From: an uncultured Methanomassiliicoccales archaeon | Lineage (GTDB): Archaea > Thermoplasmatota > Thermoplasmata > RBG-16-68-12 > CAYFXO01 | Direction of reading: 5' to 3' | DNA: 41,656 nucleotides | Assembly (NCBI GenBank): GCA_964347125.1 | Contig: CAYFXO010000005.1 | Span: 1 to 41,656 of the forward strand | In this document: positions 1 through 7,702 of the stretch, piece after piece | Layout: each line of letters opens with the position of its first letter | How positions within the stretch are numbered: the first letter of the stretch is position 1 | The notes under the pieces: generated by a model | Seen by the model: only the letters and a program-made list of their open reading frames with translations | Database searches by the model: none | Told to the model about the DNA's origin: nothing | Position numbers and translations under genes: made by a program

Positions 1-46
1 CACCGTCTCCCCCGGGTCGGGGCGGTACTCCTTCGTCGGGTGGTAG
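1..46 (+). CDS. 3' end of an upstream CDS running into the window (partial, product unknown)
   Basis: Frame 2 reads ...TVSPGSGRYSFVGW then TAG at 44-46. Every codon third position is G/C up to 46 and this bias collapses in 47-110, as expected at a coding/non-coding boundary in this genome. Too short to name. Confidence 0.3.
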   Translation, partial: TVSPGSGRYSFVGW

Positions 47-120
47 CCCGCTTCACGCTCTCCCGCAACCTTCGGTAGGTCTTTCTAGCGGAGGCTCCAT
101 GCACGGGCCGGAGGCGGGGC

Positions 121-1047
121 ATGCTGGAGTGGCTCTCCTCGAAGCTCGCCATGATGGTGGCGGCGGTCATCATCCTGGCGTCCGTCATCGGGTTCTTCGT
201 CCTCACCAACGAGAACTTCAAGATCGTGGAGCTGCAGAACGCCGCGGACCGGGTAGCGGCGGCTGTCAACGATGTGGGGGGTCTCGCCGCGGTCACGACG
301 GTGCGGGTGGGCTTCGACCCGGACGACCCGGCGGCCCAGTACGTCCTCCCGCGGACGGTGGGCGGCGAGGACTACGCCATTGAGTTCTCCCCGACCCTCG
401 TGTTCGTCCATCGCGGGGGGGTGACAGTCCGGGCGCACCTGAGCCACGCCATCCACATCTGGAACCCCGGGGACATGCACCGGGCCTCGGCGGCGCAGCT
501 CGCCCTCGCCGATGCCCAGTTCGTAAGCTTCCGCCTCCCCGCGGGGACGGCCTTCGACATCGTGCGGCGGGACATGGTCCCGGCGGGGTACCAGACCTTC
601 GTGTACAACCCCGCCACGGAGGACCTCCAGGCCCTGGCGAACGCCCACGCCGCGGAGATCGACGCCTTCACCGCCTACGCGTTCGACGGGGTCACGGAGG
701 ACTGGAACGAGACGGCGCCGCGGGCCGCCCCAGCGGGGGTGGACGCCATGCACCTCTACCCAACGATGTTCCTCCTCGAGCGGGACGGACTGCGGGTCGT
801 CCACTTCATGGAGGTCCGCCACATCTGGGACCCGGCGGCCGAGATTCCCGGCGCGGGCCACTGGCGCACCACCGCCGCGGAGCTGAACGCCGTGGACAAC
901 GCCACGCCCATCCCCGTGACGCTGGGCCCGGGGGCGGCCTACAGCCTGGAGCGGAAGGAGCTGGAGCTCACGGACCGGCCCCTGACGAACCCTCCCAAGG
1001 ACCCGCCGGAGTACGAGCACGTGTTGGAGTACTTCCTGTACGCCTAG
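121..1047 (+). CDS. Hypothetical surface protein with a pilin-like N-terminal hydrophobic head (308 aa)
   Basis: ATG at 121 with GGAGG at 110-114. Balanced composition and G/C third positions; the antisense ORF 85..1020 is R/G/P-rich. N-terminus MLEWLSSKLAMMVAAVIILASVIGFFVL is a short polar head plus a ~20-aa hydrophobic helix. No catalytic motif recognised. Confidence 0.7.
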   Translation: MLEWLSSKLAMMVAAVIILASVIGFFVLTNENFKIVELQNAADRVAAAVNDVGGLAAVTTVRVGFDPDDPAAQYVLPRTVGGEDYAIEFSPTLVFVHRGGVTVRAHLSHAIHIWNPGDMHRASAAQLALADAQFVSFRLPAGTAFDIVRRDMVPAGYQTFVYNPATEDLQALANAHAAEIDAFTAYAFDGVTEDWNETAPRAAPAGVDAMHLYPTMFLLERDGLRVVHFMEVRHIWDPAAEIPGAGHWRTTAAELNAVDNATPIPVTLGPGAAYSLERKELELTDRPLTNPPKDPPEYEHVLEYFLYA

Positions 1048-4000
1048 AGGCCCCCGCGGATCTCATAGAGGGAGACCTTGATGAGCCACAGGCTGATCTG
1101 CGCCCCCTCCTCCGCCTTGTAGCCGAACAGGGTGTCCGCGATGGACGCGGGGAAGCCCTCGATGTACACGCCGAAGTCCAGGCGCCAGCGCCCCCAGTCC
1201 TTCCCGATGAGGGCGGCGAAGAGGGGGAGGTTCGCCTGGATCAGGACGACGAACGTGACCTGGGTGGGGACCTCCCCCGCCATGGATTCGGGGACGGCGC
1301 CCCGGACGGAGGCGGGGACCCCGACGATGAGGTAACCCTCCAACCGGATGAACATGTGCTCCGGGACGCTCCGGGGGATGGTCGGGAAGGCCTGGGGGTT
1401 GTTGGGGGTCGTGAGATTGTGGAGGAAGGTCTTGAGGACGTCCACGAGCCAGCGGAGGAGGTCCGCGAGGCCGACGCCGTCGATGACGAAGGAGAGGCGG
1501 AAGCCGCCCCCCGCGGCGCCCTGGGTGCCGAAGGGGGAGATGGCCACGTCCACGTAGAAGAGGACCTCGATGACGATCTTCTCGATGAGGTCCAGGACCT
1601 TATCGATGAACTTCTCGATGACGGATCGGAGGAACTCCCCGACGAACTCCAGGGAGAAGGCCATCCGGTCCTGGAGCTCGAACCAGGTCTCCAGGAAGGC
1701 GTCCTTGAGGGCTCCGATGATGAGGGCCTTGATGTCCAGGGTCTTCTGGCCCGGGTTCGCCTCCCCCGGGGTCGCGGCCCCGAGGATCCACCGGGGGCCC
1801 CCGTCGTACTCCCGCTGGTACGTGAGGGCGGAATCCCAGGCGTTCCACTCGAAGCCCTCGAAGACGTACGCGAAGACCCGGTCGTCCTTCCTCAAGGGCG
1901 TGCGGTCCAGGAGCTCCCCGCCCGGGTCGTAGAGGAAGATCCCGTCCCCCGGGTCCAGGTAGTAGTCCATCATGGTGTCCAGCTGGTTGAGGATGCCCCC
2001 GGGGTCGATGGTCCACGTCCAGGACGGCGGCGTGGGGAGGCCGGTGACGTTCACGTGGAGGTAGCCCGGCCCCGCCTGGGTGCGCCAGGGGACGGTGTCG
2101 CCTGTTGAGAACGAATGGAGGAGGTCGCCGTTCGCGGTGCGGAGGGCGTACCCCACGAGGGGCTTCCCGCCGAAGGTGGCGGGGTTGCCGTCCCACCACT
2201 CCGGATTGAGGAGCTCGACCCACTGGGACCCCGCCGCGGGGGTCATCTCGAACTCGTTGATGGCGAGGGCGGTGACGACGGGGGAGTGGTACTTGATCTT
2301 CACCCCCAGGTCCACCGAGGCCTCCACGCCCAGGGGCGGGATGGGGATGGTGGGCTTCCAGCCCAGGACGTCACTGAGGGCCCAGCCCACCTCCTTGTAT
2401 TCCTCCAGATAGGGCATGTACCAGTCGAAGCCCCAGCCGTTCCCCTTGGCGTCCATGGAGGTGATGTGGAGCTCGCCGAGGTGGGGGAAGACGAGCATCA
2501 GCGGGTCGATGCGGAGGGTGACGAAGGTGCCGTCCCCAATGGTGATGTTCCCCACGCCCAGGACGTCCCACTCGGAGTCGCGGATGGGGGCGGGGAAGCG
2601 GTAGAAGGCGACCTCGAAGTCCACGTCGGCGCCGAAGGCCTCGCCCTCGAGGCTGATGATGAGCTCCCGGGGGTTCGTGTCCCCCGGGTCCTCCGGGGCC
2701 TCGAAGCGGAGGTAGAGGCCGAAGATCGGGATGACGAGGGCGTCGCCGACGAGCGCGTCCGCTAGGTCGCCGATCCAGTCGATGAGCTTCGAGACGAGGT
2801 CGACGATCCAGCCCAGGACGCTGTTGAGGACGTACTTGATGAACTTCTGGACCATGGAGACGACGAAGTCGATGGCCTCGACGATCAGCTTCACGATCTG
2901 CATCGCGAACTTGATCAGGGTCCCGATGACGTCCTGGAAGAAGGCGACGATCTTCGCGAAGAAGTCGATGATGTCCATGATGGGGTCGCCGATGACCTCC
3001 CAGACCTCCCGGAGGAGCCGGAGGATGAGGTCCGTGAAGTCCGACCACACCGTGTTCGAGAGGCGGTACTCCACGGTGGCCAGGGGCCATCCGGAGAAGA
3101 CGGCGACATTCACGGAGAACGCGAGGGTGACGGTGTCGTTGTACCACTGGTGGCCGTCCGTGCCCCGGTCAAGGATGGCTCGGCTCTCCGGGCGGGTGTG
3201 GAAGTCCACCTCCCCCAGGACGGAGACGTTCCACGTGGTCTCGTAGGGGCGGGTGCTGATTTCGTTGACGGCGGTGTAGTGCACGCCCACGGGCGGGCCG
3301 ATTTGGACGCGGACCGCCCCGTGGGGCGCGGGGGTCGCCGGGGTGATGGGGCCGGCCACGGCCTCCAGGAATTCATCGTCCTGCTCCAGGTGGAGGCGCT
3401 CGTAGCGGATCGTGTGCTGCGCGAGGGCCTGGGGGTGGCTCCCCACGTAGAAGTCGAAGGGCACCTCCATCTCCGTGGGCTGGAAGTACTCCGAGTTCGC
3501 CGCCTCCGCGTTGTAAAGGGTGTCCCGGGCGACGCGGACGAGGAAGTCCCGGAGGAGGTCGATGAGGCCCGTGCCGTGCATCACGTTGGCGGCGACGTCG
3601 GCGATGGCGTTGACGATCATCCCCGCGAGGCCGTCCACGTCGTCGAACATGAGGTAGTCCATGGCCTGGACCAGGACGCCGTCGTTCGGGTTCACCTCCG
3701 TCTGCATGGGGTCCGCGTCGCCCACTTCGCGGGCGCGTAGGACCGCGTAGGCGGCGTCCACTTCCTCCCCGAGGCGGCCCCGCAGGTCAGGGACGTACTG
3801 CCCGGTCCCGTTCACGTTCCCATCCCGGAAGAGGCCCGCGAGCACCGGGGGGGTGATGACGATGGGGGAGGCCCAGGCCAGGGAGGCGTCGTAGGCCGAG
3901 GTGTTGGCGACGAACTCCGACTGGACCACGTTCGTGGCCGCGACGGCGTCCCCCGCCAAGGCGTCCGCGAAGGCCCGGATGACCGCGGTGCGCTGGGCGG

Positions 4001-6113
4001 GCCACCCCGTGAAGAGGTCGTACCCCGACCGGAGGTAGTCCCGCAGGTCGCGGAACAGATCGATGCTCTTCTCAATCAGCTCCTTGATGAGCTGCTTGAC
4101 GAGGCCCTTGTGCTCCCGGTAGTAGGTGAAGATGTCGTTGAGGGCCCGCTCCACCTCCCGCGTGATCTCGCGGAGGAAGGAGGTGGTGTCCTCCGGGTTG
4201 ATGGGGATGCGCCCCTTCTGGAGCGGCAGGGCGCTCTCCAGGAGGAATCGGTGGTCCCAGACGAGGTCCTTCACGAGGCCGACCATGTGGTTGGCGACGG
4301 CGGTCACGACGCGGACGGCGGTCTCCCGGATGCCCTCGATGCGGCTCTTCCCGGGAGTGTCGTAGTAGGTGTCGTAGAACAGCTTCCACAGGGGCGACTT
4401 CGAGTCCGTCCACACGGGGGAGAAGGGGACCTCCCGGTCCGCGCCCGACACCGTCGCGGTGACGTTGAAGTGGACGTAGTCGTAGCCCACGATCGCCTCC
4501 GCCCCGTGGGACGCGTTGAGGCCGCGGTGGGCGGGCTCGCTGCCGTTCGTGTACCACGTGTGGTTGTCCGCGGTCTGGCGAACGACCCACTCGAGGAAGT
4601 AGGGGCCCTCGGAGACGTTGGCCCGCGGGTATGCGTCGATGACCCCCCCGCGGTAGGAGTCCCACTTCGAGCCCGACCGGTCGCGCACCATGAGCTGGAA
4701 GAGGCCGTTGGAGCCCAGGCCCGCCTTCTTCGCCGTGTCCTTGAGGAACGGCCGGAGGAGGTCGTGGTACCAGTCCGGGTCGCAGTCCGTGAACTGGCAC
4801 TTCACCCAGTCCACGACATCGTTGATGGTGTTCCAGAGGAGCTGGAGCCCCTTCCAGATGGCGTCCAGGATGGGCATCGCGAAGAAGTAGTCGAAGAACT
4901 TCAGCAGGAACTGGTCGATGATCACGTAGAAGCCCTGGGCGACCATGGCCTCCAGGTTAATCTGGAAGGTGTCGTTCGCCCCCATCCCCGTGTAGAGGGC
5001 GACGATGTCCGCGGCGTCCAGGGTGCCCCGGTCCACGTAGGTATCCAGGAGGTCCTGGATGCCCACGCCGGGGAGGCGCGGGAACTCCGCCGCCCCGGCG
5101 TCGTACCCCGCGTCGATGGCCCCGGGGACGTCCGCGTCGTAGGTGCGGTAGTGCTTCGCCACGGACAGCAGGAGGGCGAGGTTCACCGCCAGCTCCACGT
5201 CCTTGAGGGTGAGGAGGGCGGCGGTGTTCCCCCAGCGGATGGGGTCGGCCGTGAGGTTGTCCAGGGTCGTGTCCACCTTGATGGCGCCCGTCTGGTTGTC
5301 CCGCATCTCGGGGATGCCCATCATCCCGTAGCCCTGGAGGACGCGGTACTGGGCGACGGTCGTGAGGATGAACTTCGTCATCCGGGCGACCTCGGAGTTG
5401 GTGCCCTCCGCCGCGGTCTCGAAGTTCGCGAACTTCGTCTTCAGCAGGGGGTAGGGGTTGTCCACGAGGCGGTCGAACCCGAGGGTCTTCGAGAGGGTCA
5501 GGCCCCGCTCCGCGTCGGTCAGGGTGACGTCAAGGTGGCCCGTGACGCGGTAGTACGCGGTGGTGTTCACTTCCCGCAGGACGCCGCCGATCTTGTTGCT
5601 GAGCTTGTCCGGGTCGCCCTTCACCTGGCTGTGGTAGGCCTCGGAGGACTCCACGTTCTCGTAGGCTTGGGTCACCCCGCTGGGCGGCACCAGGTCGTGG
5701 CTCAGCTTCTGGTCGTAGAAGACGTCCGCGAGCCAGCCGTCGAGCCGGACGGTGAGGTCCCCCTCCGTGAAGGGGAAGCGGGTCGCGGCGTACTGGGAGA
5801 AGAACGACTGGAAGGTCTCGTTGATGAGGGCCTCGTCGTCCTCCTCCCCGGGGCCCGTGCCGTTCATGAGGGCGAGGGCGACGGCGCGCATGGCGCCGAA
5901 GTAGGCCTGGCTCTCCACCTCGTCCCGGAGGGTCTCGGCGGCGCGATCCAGGGCCTCCACCCCGAGGCGCTCCCGCTGGGAGATGAGGGCGTCGCGGTTC
6001 GCCGTGGTGATGAACACCGCGGAGACGCCCGCGAGGAGCAGGATGATGGCGGCGATGAGGGCGAAGGGGACGCGCCCCCGGGTGTCGTCGGCCAGGCGGG
6101 CCCGCCCGGGCAT
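1044..6113 (-). CDS. Giant (1689 aa) membrane-anchored/secreted protein of unknown function with a lamin-tail domain and amphipathic helical repeat blocks
   Basis: Track ORF 1044..7157 is over-extended: its first ~348 codons are R/G/P-rich and overlap two better same-strand genes. The real start is ATG at 6113 (cat 6111-6113), overlapping the TGA of the upstream gene (ATGA). N-terminus MPGRARLADDTRGRVPFALIAAIILLLAGVSAVFI is a charged head plus a hydrophobic helix. The rest has normal protein composition. Confidence 0.85.
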   Translation of the reverse strand: MPGRARLADDTRGRVPFALIAAIILLLAGVSAVFITTANRDALISQRERLGVEALDRAAETLRDEVESQAYFGAMRAVALALMNGTGPGEEDDEALINETFQSFFSQYAATRFPFTEGDLTVRLDGWLADVFYDQKLSHDLVPPSGVTQAYENVESSEAYHSQVKGDPDKLSNKIGGVLREVNTTAYYRVTGHLDVTLTDAERGLTLSKTLGFDRLVDNPYPLLKTKFANFETAAEGTNSEVARMTKFILTTVAQYRVLQGYGMMGIPEMRDNQTGAIKVDTTLDNLTADPIRWGNTAALLTLKDVELAVNLALLLSVAKHYRTYDADVPGAIDAGYDAGAAEFPRLPGVGIQDLLDTYVDRGTLDAADIVALYTGMGANDTFQINLEAMVAQGFYVIIDQFLLKFFDYFFAMPILDAIWKGLQLLWNTINDVVDWVKCQFTDCDPDWYHDLLRPFLKDTAKKAGLGSNGLFQLMVRDRSGSKWDSYRGGVIDAYPRANVSEGPYFLEWVVRQTADNHTWYTNGSEPAHRGLNASHGAEAIVGYDYVHFNVTATVSGADREVPFSPVWTDSKSPLWKLFYDTYYDTPGKSRIEGIRETAVRVVTAVANHMVGLVKDLVWDHRFLLESALPLQKGRIPINPEDTTSFLREITREVERALNDIFTYYREHKGLVKQLIKELIEKSIDLFRDLRDYLRSGYDLFTGWPAQRTAVIRAFADALAGDAVAATNVVQSEFVANTSAYDASLAWASPIVITPPVLAGLFRDGNVNGTGQYVPDLRGRLGEEVDAAYAVLRAREVGDADPMQTEVNPNDGVLVQAMDYLMFDDVDGLAGMIVNAIADVAANVMHGTGLIDLLRDFLVRVARDTLYNAEAANSEYFQPTEMEVPFDFYVGSHPQALAQHTIRYERLHLEQDDEFLEAVAGPITPATPAPHGAVRVQIGPPVGVHYTAVNEISTRPYETTWNVSVLGEVDFHTRPESRAILDRGTDGHQWYNDTVTLAFSVNVAVFSGWPLATVEYRLSNTVWSDFTDLILRLLREVWEVIGDPIMDIIDFFAKIVAFFQDVIGTLIKFAMQIVKLIVEAIDFVVSMVQKFIKYVLNSVLGWIVDLVSKLIDWIGDLADALVGDALVIPIFGLYLRFEAPEDPGDTNPRELIISLEGEAFGADVDFEVAFYRFPAPIRDSEWDVLGVGNITIGDGTFVTLRIDPLMLVFPHLGELHITSMDAKGNGWGFDWYMPYLEEYKEVGWALSDVLGWKPTIPIPPLGVEASVDLGVKIKYHSPVVTALAINEFEMTPAAGSQWVELLNPEWWDGNPATFGGKPLVGYALRTANGDLLHSFSTGDTVPWRTQAGPGYLHVNVTGLPTPPSWTWTIDPGGILNQLDTMMDYYLDPGDGIFLYDPGGELLDRTPLRKDDRVFAYVFEGFEWNAWDSALTYQREYDGGPRWILGAATPGEANPGQKTLDIKALIIGALKDAFLETWFELQDRMAFSLEFVGEFLRSVIEKFIDKVLDLIEKIVIEVLFYVDVAISPFGTQGAAGGGFRLSFVIDGVGLADLLRWLVDVLKTFLHNLTTPNNPQAFPTIPRSVPEHMFIRLEGYLIVGVPASVRGAVPESMAGEVPTQVTFVVLIQANLPLFAALIGKDWGRWRLDFGVYIEGFPASIADTLFGYKAEEGAQISLWLIKVSLYEIRGGL
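1755..2275 (-). other. Lamin-tail-domain (LTD)-like segment within the giant protein
   Basis: ALAINEFEMTPAAGSQWVELLNP ... LTYQREYDGGPRWILGAATPGEANPG matches the LTD hallmarks: an INE start, (E/Q)WVEL(Y/L)N, and a terminal S/T-Y-x-R ... W ... TPG-x-x-N. Confidence 0.6.
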
Positions 6114-6673
6114 CAGCGGACCCTCCAGAGGTAGAACTCCAGGGTGGCCTCCCCGGGCTTCCCGACGCTGAGCATGGAGGCGGTGAGGCTCGCGGCGAAC
6201 CGCTCCGCGGGGAGGGAGTCCGACGTCTGGAGGCCGACGTCGGAGACCGCGACGAGGTGGCTCCCGCCGGGGCCCTCGTAGGCCGCGAAGAGGGCGTAGT
6301 GGTACCGGGCCGTGTCCACGGCGGCGGACACCTCCGCGAGGAGGGCGTCCTCGTACCGCCCGGCGCCGTCGAAGCTCGCGGCGGGCACGCCGTCGTCGAG
6401 GAGGCGCAGCTCGTCCAGGAGGAGGTCCTCCACGGACCGGTCCCGCTTCGTCACCACGTTCCCCGCCAAGTCCACGTAGCTCGCCTCGCGCACGGAGGCC
6501 TCGAGGAGGGTGTCGAAGACCTCCCGGGAGTACCGGAAGTCGTCCTCGTTCCGCACGACCTCGCCGATGTTGAGGGCCAGGAGGGTGTAGGTGAAGATCA
6601 GGGTGGCCGCCACGAGCATGATGACCAGGAACATCACGGCGTCGAAGACGGACAGCTGGGCCTGGCGGTTCAT
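6113..6673 (-). CDS. Hypothetical pilin-like-headed protein (186 aa)
   Basis: ATG at 6673, 3 nt after the stop of the upstream gene. Its TGA (6113-6115) overlaps the giant gene's ATG. N-terminus MNRQAQLSVFDAVMFLVIMLVAATLIFTYTLLAL. Confidence 0.8.
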   Translation of the reverse strand: MNRQAQLSVFDAVMFLVIMLVAATLIFTYTLLALNIGEVVRNEDDFRYSREVFDTLLEASVREASYVDLAGNVVTKRDRSVEDLLLDELRLLDDGVPAASFDGAGRYEDALLAEVSAAVDTARYHYALFAAYEGPGGSHLVAVSDVGLQTSDSLPAERFAASLTASMLSVGKPGEATLEFYLWRVR

Positions 6674-6676
6674 TCC

Positions 6677-7147
6677 CTACCTCCACACGGTCACGATGAG
6701 GCGGCCCGCGTGGACCTGGTCGCTGTTGTTCCGGATCGTGACGGGGGACGTCACCGCCACGCGGGAGGCGCCCTCGGGGAGGGCCTCCCCGGCGCTCCAC
6801 TCGTACTTCCCCGGGTAGGTGCTCACGTCCACGACCCGCAGGTTCCAGTGCAGGCCCACCATGTCCGGGTGGAAATCGATGGCCATCTGGGCCGCGGTGG
6901 AGTCGTTCAGCGCCCCCGCGGAGAACTTCCCCTCCTCCCCGTTCACCGTGAGCGGCCCGTACGTGCGCACGCTCTCCGAGAACTCCACGGCGTTCTCGTG
7001 GAACCGGAGCTGGGCGAGGTACTCGCCGTACGCCGCGTAGGCCCCGGCGATGCTCAGCAAGAAGACGACGACGCCCACCAGCACGACGAGGAGCGCGGGC
7101 AGGTCCTCGAAGAACCCCGCGATGCCCACGCGGTTCCACCCTCCCAT
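6677..7147 (-). CDS. Hypothetical pilin-like-headed protein (156 aa)
   Basis: ATG at 7147 lies ~25-31 nt downstream of a TATA-like box (minus-strand TATTTAG, 7172-7178). N-terminus MGGWNRVGIAGFFEDLPALLVVLVGVVVFLLSIAG, then a beta-rich C-terminal part. Confidence 0.8.
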   Translation of the reverse strand: MGGWNRVGIAGFFEDLPALLVVLVGVVVFLLSIAGAYAAYGEYLAQLRFHENAVEFSESVRTYGPLTVNGEEGKFSAGALNDSTAAQMAIDFHPDMVGLHWNLRVVDVSTYPGKYEWSAGEALPEGASRVAVTSPVTIRNNSDQVHAGRLIVTVWR

Positions 7148-7171
7148 TGCCCGTCAATCCGAGCCTCCACT

Positions 7172-7178
7172 AAATACA
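7172..7178 (-). promoter_or_regulatory. TATA-like box for the minus-strand operon 7147..1044
   Basis: Minus strand reads TATTTAG, 25-31 nt upstream of ATG 7147 (leaderless geometry). Confidence 0.45.
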
Positions 7179-7201
7179 TTGCGGGGGGGCCCGACAAACG
7201 G

Positions 7202-7209
7202 TTATATAG
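7202..7209 (+). promoter_or_regulatory. TATA box for the plus-strand pair 7241..8182
   Basis: TTATATAG. The expected TSS near 7230-7235 lies just upstream of the in-frame GTG at 7241. Confidence 0.5.
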
Positions 7210-7240
7210 CGTCACCCGAATGCGCGGCCGGGGTGGTCCA

Positions 7241-7684
7241 GTGGGCGTTCCACAGGGTCCGTTCAGGCGTCTGGGGGGAGACCGAGCGGGGGCGTTGGAG
7301 GGGATGCCCCTCCAGCTCATCATCCTCGTCGTCATCGCGGGCATCGCCATCGCGATCATCGTGGCGTGGCTCACGATCTTCAGCGCGGCGGACCTGGCGC
7401 GCCTGGAGAAGACCTCCCCGACGGACGTGACGGATGCGACGACCAGCATCACGGTCAAGGCGTGGGACACGAACGGGAACCCGTTGAGCGGCGTCACCGT
7501 CACCATGGAGGGGTGCAACGTCGTGAAGGCGGGGACGACGGGAGGCGACGGGGCGTACACCGCCTCGGGCCTCAACATCCAGATCCCGGGCGGGAGCAAC
7601 TTCTGCACGATTACCGTGACGGGGACCTACACGGGGAACGTCGCGGTGACGAAGACCGCGAGCATCACCGTCGCCCGCTCCTGA
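7241..7684 (+). CDS. Small pilin-like-headed protein with a C-terminal beta-sandwich (Big/CarboxypepD_reg-like) domain
   Basis: Lies in the frame of track ORF 6257..7684, whose upstream part is artefact. Candidate starts are ATG 7220, GTG 7241 and ATG 7304; GTG 7241 fits the TATA spacing. Head DRAGALEGMPLQLIILVVIAGIAIAIIVAW is paralogous to the next gene. C-terminus is ITVKAWDTNGNPLSGVTVTMEG...TTGGDGAYTAS. Confidence 0.7.
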   Translation: MGVPQGPFRRLGGDRAGALEGMPLQLIILVVIAGIAIAIIVAWLTIFSAADLARLEKTSPTDVTDATTSITVKAWDTNGNPLSGVTVTMEGCNVVKAGTTGGDGAYTASGLNIQIPGGSNFCTITVTGTYTGNVAVTKTASITVARS

Positions 7685-7702
7685 GGCGGGGGCCGCGACG
7701 CC

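Noticed and set aside
4110-6134. 674-aa plus-strand ORF antisense to the giant gene. Similar long antisense or off-frame ORFs: 8179..9897, 11787..13859, 16348..18795, 17373..19079, 23306..25273, 26345..28162, 29082..30140, 34167..35468, 35583..36662 and 40215..41348.
   Set aside because: All are dominated by R, G, P, A, V, H and D/E runs, as expected when GC-rich coding DNA is read in the wrong frame or strand. Each overlaps a gene with clear family motifs. Stop codons are simply rare in this composition.
6114-7157. N-terminal ~348 codons of track ORF 1044..7157 (would make a 2037-aa protein)
   Set aside because: This part is R/G/P-rich with no normal protein character. It overlaps two same-strand ORFs (6113..6673, 6677..7147) that have proper TM heads and coupled starts and stops. 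An internal ATG at 6113 sits directly in front of a charged head plus hydrophobic helix.
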